From the human T2T-CHM13v2.0 reference genome, Homo sapiens: DNA of 64,000 nt. The notes under the pieces were generated by a model that did not search any database, was not told the DNA's origin, and worked only from the letters and a program-made list of their open reading frames with translations. The stretch lies in the NCBI RefSeq assembly GCF_009914755.1, contig NC_060928.1. One strand, given 5' to 3'. Positions within the stretch are counted from its first letter, which is position 1; every line of letters starts with the position of its first letter. The position numbers and the translations under genes were made by a program. Positions 57,500-64,000 of this stretch are shown piece after piece.

Positions 57500-58902
57500 C
57501 ATTGAGGAAGGGCAGCAGTCAAAGGTTTTATTCTCTAGAAGGAACTCTCAAGAACTGCAAGCAGCAGGCAGAAGACTTCCTTGCATGTGTGGTTAGGCGA
57601 TGGTGACCTACGGTTTTCACTGCGAACTGGGATCGAGTGACCCGACCTCCTACTCATGCACCTCTCTCCCTGTCTCTCTCTGCCTTTTAGTCTCTCTTCC
57701 TATTTCTCTCCCTACTCTTCCTCTCAGGCTCCTCTGTCTCTCTCCCCATCTCTCTTCCTCTCTCTCTATCTCACTCCCTTCTCCCCATCTCTTTCTGTCT
57801 CCTTCTTCTCCACTTCTGTCTCCCTCCTCCTCTCCCTCTCTGCAGCTGTTCAGGCAGGACTCCTAGGCCACCTTTCAGGGTACCTGCAGGGCAGCAGGAC
57901 CTTGGCCCCCATCTCCCAGCACCCTCAAGGTCAGGGGTGTGCGCCTTTCCATGCTCTCCTGGGTGGGCACCCCACACTCCAGGAAGCAGAAGCTGCAGGT
58001 CACTGCTGACTCGAGTGGCACACCGACGGGGTGCTTCCACTTGTAATTGTGACTTCCATCTTGTGATCTGCTGAGGTCAAAGCAGAGGACACATGCTCAG
58101 GCCGGACCCTGCACCAGGGTGGGGGTAGGGGTGGGTTCGGGGGTAGAGGCGGGGATGGCAGCAACCACTGCAAACTGTCCCCTGGCCGGCTTCCTGTCCT
58201 TCACCTGCCATGCAAGGCCCCCTCTCCCGCCCCTCCCCCCGCCTCCCACCACCTCCACCCCTAGGCAGCCCCAGACCCCGGCTCCAGAATTCCCCCTGGA
58301 TCCAGGAACTAAGAGCAACCCATGGGCTCTGCAGCCCCTAGGCCAGGTGTCAGCTGCCCCTGCTGCATGCTGAAAAACCTTGGCTCTCACTTATGCCCCG
58401 ACCCAAGCCAGCCACACACCCCCAGCGTAACCACCTTCTCCTGACTTTAGCCCTGACATCCCTGCTTTCTAGTAATCCCCAGCTCCAGGCAAGCCCGAAG
58501 GCCAGCACCCTACACTCACCCTTCCTGGGTGCCACTCTTGTCTGCTTGCCAAGATGTCTTGATCTGGCTTTATCAGCATAGAACAAATAAAGGGCCTCTC
58601 CCAGGAAGGTTTGGCAAAACACTCTCCATTTAGAAGCAGGGGCAGTGACAAGACCTAGGGATGACCCGAGGTTTGCCACTCAAGCAGCAAGAAGGGCAAG
58701 GAGCCAGTTTCATGTCCTCATCCTGGAAGGATGGCCAGGGCTCCACAGGGTCCTGTGGGGGGCTGGCAGGAGCAGATCTGCCCTCCTCTTGAGGAAGCAG
58801 GCCACCACCACCAGGAAGCAACAGATGGTAGCGTACAGGTAGAGCCCCCACGTGCTGTAGAGCAGGGCCAGCAGATCTGCACTCAGCCCAGCCCCAGGGG
58901 AG
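57500..58902 (-). pseudogene. Unprocessed partial TNFRSF13B (TACI)-like pseudogene: exon 4 homolog 58722-58902, intron, exon 5/3'UTR homolog ~57500-58067
   Basis: Translates to LSADLLALLYSTWGLYLYATICCFLVVVACFLKRR (TACI as I recall it: [35 protein letters not shown]) and TCSFCFLECGVPTQES / PDLEGAGRWG (TACI: TCSFCFPECRAPTQES / PDPTCAGRWG). GA-rich 3'UTR and AATAAA at 57527-57532. Frameshifts present, and the exon-4 donor reads ATGAG. Confidence 0.85.
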
Positions 58903-58923
58903 CTGCAAGACAGACTGAGACCC

Positions 58924-59265
58924 CGATAGGTTTGGCTCTGTGTCCTGACCCAAATCCCATCTTGAATTGTAATCCTCATGTGTCAAGGGAGGAACCTAGT
59001 GGGAGGTGATTGGATTTGGAGGCAGTTTCCCCCATGCTGTCCCCCTGATAGTGAGTGAGTTCTCAGGAGAGCTGATGGTGTTAAAATGTGGCACTTTCTC
59101 ATTTTCCACTCACTGCCTCCTGCCGCCTTGTGAAGAAGGTGCTTCCTCTTCACCTTCTGCCATGAATGTAAATTTCCTGACTTGTGAGTCAATTAAACCT
59201 CTTTCCTTTATAAATTACCCAGTCTCAGGCATTTCTTTATAGCAGTGTGAAAACAAACTAATACA
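58924..59265 (+). mobile_element. THE1 solo LTR
   Basis: (c)gataggtttggctctgtgtcc...gcagtgtgaaaacaaactaataca; 5-bp TSD gaccc at 58919-58923 and 59266-59270. Confidence 0.9.
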
Positions 59266-60094
59266 GACCCCTTCTCTGAAGTGTCTTCTCCTTGGGCCAT
59301 CAGCTGCCCCCATGCTCTTCCTCTGCCCCATGGTCTTCCTTTTCCCCTCATTCGGCCCAAGTGCTCCACATGGCCAGCCCCAGCCCCATCCTACTGCAGG
59401 CCTGTCTGGCTGGTGGAGAGGCTGGGCTCCTTTCCTGACCCCAAGGATGGCTGACATGCTCTTTGGATCTTGGAGGAAACTGACCTCCCACCCTCATACT
59501 GGTAGCAACTTCTTCCAAGACCCCAAAGCTGGACCATATGAGCTAGTCTTTTTTGTTGTCTTTGCTTGCTAGGGCTGTCATTGGGACAGGCCTTGCCCAG
59601 GAAGCCCATGTGGACCGCGACACCAGGCCCTGCCCAGACCCATCATGACTAAGAGGGAGGTCGGGAGATACCCCCGCTGCAACATGGGCACCTGCATCTG
59701 GCCCCGTTGGTGGCCAGTGACTGGCATGCCTGGAAGGAGCCAGGGTAGCACCCCACCAGCTGCCCCGCAGCCCCAGACACCTTGGAAAATCCTGTTCAAT
59801 GGGAAGCTGGTTTCATTAAGGCCATGAGAGAGAAAGGTGAGCATGGTATCCCTGCAGCCCCGGCCAGCCAGCAGCATGCCCTGGGGCCTCTGTCCCAAAC
59901 TGTGCCCCTCTCTTCCCAGGGCCTAGACCCCGGCCCTGGGAAGAGAGGGGCACTAGGGGTGTGGTGGGCTCCCAGCTGCAGTCAGCATGACCATGCAGGG
60001 GACCCTGGCACTGTGGAGCTCTGTCATTGTCACAGTTCACCTCGCAGAAGCTGGGTGAGATCCTGAAGCCTTGCAGCCACTGCTATAGCCACAG

Positions 60095-60630
60095 CAGGGG
60101 CTGAGATTGGCTTTCACTGCACTGAGCCACAATGTGGACATGGACTAGCTCGCCCTACAGTGCACACAGCACTGCTTCCAACCAGGGCACCCCGTTCACA
60201 GCTAGGGACGTGCAGCAGTGTGCTCCCACCTTGAAGCCTTGGCTCTGCCACCTCTACTTGGAATGTTCTCAGTTCCTTCCAGGCTTCTAGAACCATCTGG
60301 GCCAGGGCTTATGGTTGGATAAGCACCCGAGGTCCCACAACCCAAACAAGCTTCCGATCCTCGTTTTATTTTTTGTTAAACTTATGAAAATTTATTAAGA
60401 TATGACTTACATCCCTGCATGTAAGTGTTCAGCTCAAAAGTCATTCAAAGATAGAACACACCAGCCCCCAGATCACAAAGCCAACCATGCCCAGCCCCTC
60501 CCAGTGCCCCTAGTCCTGCAACCAGTGTTCTGAATTCTGACAGCATTGTGAGCCTGCCTTTTGTACTTTACACTCATGGAAGTATAACCACCTTCCTGTT
60601 TTAAAATAAATGTTTACTTTTGAAATGATT
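60095..60630 (+). pseudogene. TBC1D3-like terminal-exon fragment (C-terminal coding relic plus 3'UTR with AATAAA)
   Basis: 60165-60290 encodes [41 protein letters not shown], resembling the TBC1D3 tail [41 protein letters not shown]. Followed by TBC1D3-like 3'UTR and aataaa at ~60605-60610. Confidence 0.8.
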
Positions 60631-60713
60631 TTAGAAATACACCTTCCATCCAGCTGCCCCTAATAATGACATTTTGCATTACCATGGCACATTTGTCAAA
60701 ACTAAGAAATTTA

Positions 60714-61011
60714 GGCTGGGTGTGGTGGCTTGCACTTGTAATCTCAGCAATTTGAGAGGTAGAGGCGGGAAGCTCAGGTTTGCTTAAACCCAGGAGTTTG
60801 AGACTCGCCTTGGCAATATGGATAGACCCTGTCTCTAGAGAAAAGTAAAAGAAATTAGCTAGGCATGGTGGCATGTGCCTATAGTCCCATCTAGTCAGGA
60901 GGCTGAGTGGGAGCATTGCTTGATCCCAAGAGTTCCAGGAAGCAGTGAGCTATGATCACACCACTGCACTCCAGCCTGGGTGACAGAGTGAGACTTTGTC
61001 TCTTTTAAAAA
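60714..61011 (+). mobile_element. AluJ within an old L1M fragment
   Basis: Diverged full Alu; taagaaa(t/c)tta-like TSD. Confidence 0.88.
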
Positions 61012-61217
61012 ATTAAGAAACTTAACATGGGTGCAATCCTATTGACTACATGATAGTGTGAACTATTATCTAAGGTTATTAATGCAGTAATTATGTTAAT
61101 ATGGTGAAATTTTTTCAGATTTCATCCGTTTTTGCCCAACTTCCCATACCTGTTCCGGGATCCCACCTCGGACTCACCCTCTGCCTTTAGGTCATTTCTC
61201 CTTAGCTTCCTCCAGAG

Positions 61218-61802
<585 letters not shown>

Positions 61803-62124
61803 AACATTTCAGGCCACACAGAAGGCTCAATTCCCTGCATCCCTACCCCCAGGTAAACTCTATCACTGGAGATTAGTTTGCCTGACCATAACTTTACATA
61901 AATGGAATCACATATTGTCTATTCTTATAGGTCTAACTCAATATGAGGTTGTGAGATTCATTCATGTTGTAGCCATAATTTATTCATTTTCTTTGATGTA
62001 TAGTATTCTAGTCTCGAATGTACCATGGGTTTTTTTTTTTTATCCATTCTTCTGTGAGATATTTGGGAAGTTTCTAGTTTGAGGTTATTACAAATAGTGC
62101 TGCTATGAACGTTGTTTTACTTGT

Positions 62125-62495
62125 TGTATTAGTCCGTTTCACGCTGCTGATAAAGATATACCCGAGACCAGGCAATTTACAGAAGAAAGAGGTTTATTGG
62201 ACTTACAGTTCCACATGGCTGGGGAGGCCTCACTAATATGGCAGAAAGCAAGAAGGAGCAAGTCACATCTTATGTGGATGGCAGCAGGCAAAGAGAGAGC
62301 TTGTGCACAGAAACTCCTGTTTTTAAAACCATCACATCTCATGCGACCCATTCACTATCACGAGGACAGCACAGGAAAGACTCACTCACATGATTCAATC
62401 ATCTCCCACCCAGCTCCTCCCACCACACGTGAGAATTATGGGAGTTACAAGATGAGATTGAGATTTGGGTGGGGACACACAGCCAAACCGTATCA
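62125..62495 (-). mobile_element. THE1 solo LTR inserted in an old L1ME fragment
   Basis: tgtattagtccgtttcacgctgctgataaagatatacccgagac...cagccaaaccgtatca; TSD cttgt on both sides. Confidence 0.92.
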
Positions 62496-62669
62496 CTTGT
62501 ATTTTAGTGAAGATATAGACACATCTGTGTAACGTACATGTGCAGGGTTGAAATTGCTAGTTCGTGGCAGGCAAATGTTTAGCTTTGGTGAATATTGCCA
62601 AATCAAAGTGTTTGTTCCACTTTACCTGCTCATCTGTGAGCCAGAGTGTTCCATCAACAGTTTGAGCTG

Positions 62670-62840
62670 TCTAAGAAGGACCTGAGTTCAATCCCATTCA
62701 ATCACATAGTAGCTGTGTCACTTTGGGCAAGCCATGTAACTTCTCTGAGCCTCAGTGCTCAGTGTCCTCATCTGTAAATTGGGCTGATGGTGGTCCTTAC
62801 CTCGCAGGGCCGCTTTAAGGACTAAGTGAGATGAAAGCTG
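62670..62840 (+). mobile_element. MIR
   Basis: gctgtgtcactttgggcaagccatgtaacttctctgagcctcag. Confidence 0.75.
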
Positions 62841-63731
62841 ATACCCCAAGTGACAACACTTCTCCCTCCCTCAGATTCAATAGGATGACATCTTCACTGC
62901 CCAATGTGAAGGCCATGGGGAGGACTCGAAGCCCCAGAGTTCCCCTGTCCCAGGAGCATAAGCCTTGGATTTTTGCTTTCAAAAACAACCACCTGTAGGA
63001 TCAGGATGGCTCTCAACTTCCCCAAATCTGTGCTCCCACCCCATGAAGGTGACGTGTTCAGCAGCGGGGAAGGGACTGCATTGTGCCAGCCTCACCCTGC
63101 CCACTGTCTGTCCTCATGACTTGAGCCCAGCTAGTTCCCCAAGCAGAGCAGTGCAGGGTCCTGCCCCGGCCATGGGCTCCAGACATCCGGGCCACCACTA
63201 CCTGTTCCTACCCTGCTGCCTCCATCCCTCAGCCCCTGCTTGCCTCCTTCACAGCTCAGGTTGTCTTAGCTTTTTACCTGTCTCCATGGTCTGTCTCATC
63301 AAGGGGAGAGCAGCACAAGGGAAGGGACTCTGTCAGTCTAGGGATGTGTCTCCAGTGCGTGGGAGAGATTAGCAGCTCAATACACACTTGCCCAGTGTCT
63401 GTGTGCATCTCACTAAGCAGAAGACAGCTTTGGAGATGAGAAGAGACCCTCCTGAGGTGACAGTCCTTAGCTGGCATTTCCCAAGTATTCTCAGCATGAC
63501 AGGTGCTGAGCCGGACCATGGACATAGGAGCTCTGGAAACTGTGGGGTACCGGATTACAGGTGTGAACCACCATGCCTGGTCAGAAGTATTCTTTATTTC
63601 TTTTTTAAAATTTGTACTTTCTGAGTTTATGTAACTGGCATGTACTGCTTTTGTAATTAGAAACAGAAAACGTATAGAGAAAATGTGTAGAAAAAAGCAG
63701 AAAACCAAATCACATCTACAATAAAATCCTA

Positions 63732-64000
<269 letters not shown>

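Noticed and set aside
57500-60630. Processed retrocopy with 5' inversion as the origin of the TACI/TBC1D3 block
   Set aside because: The intron between the exon homologs is retained, there is no poly(A) tract after either AATAAA, and I found no flanking TSD; DNA-level duplication fits better

Overview
Human/primate genomic DNA, mostly AT-rich and repeat-dense. It contains the complete MAP9 (ASAP, microtubule-associated protein 9) gene on the minus strand: a CpG-island promoter at about 51.3-51.85 kb with three RFX X-box-like motifs, non-coding exon 1, and 13 coding exons. I could splice these by hand with GT-AG junctions into a 1944-nt, 647-aa ORF, followed by a ~5.1-kb 3'UTR ending near 16.56 kb. 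The rest is Alu, L1, L2, MIR, MaLR/ERV LTRs and DNA-transposon relics. Most unusual observations: (1) a GC-rich block at about 57.4-60.7 kb that looks like an old DNA-level duplication. It holds TNFRSF13B (TACI) exon 4, intron 4, exon 5 and 3'UTR on the minus strand, joined to the 3' end of a TBC1D3-like terminal exon on the plus strand. That exon keeps a 43-bp segment between TGCAC microhomologies and an open 41-codon frame resembling the human TBC1D3 C-terminal tail. (2) A perfect 93-bp inverted repeat in MAP9 intron 13, lying between two 59-bp direct repeats 901 bp apart. (3) An old ~300-bp duplication of the poly(A)-site region inside the MAP9 3'UTR. Gene and repeat-family names come from recognition by eye, not database searches. 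Most short ORFs in the supplied track are spurious or repeat-derived.
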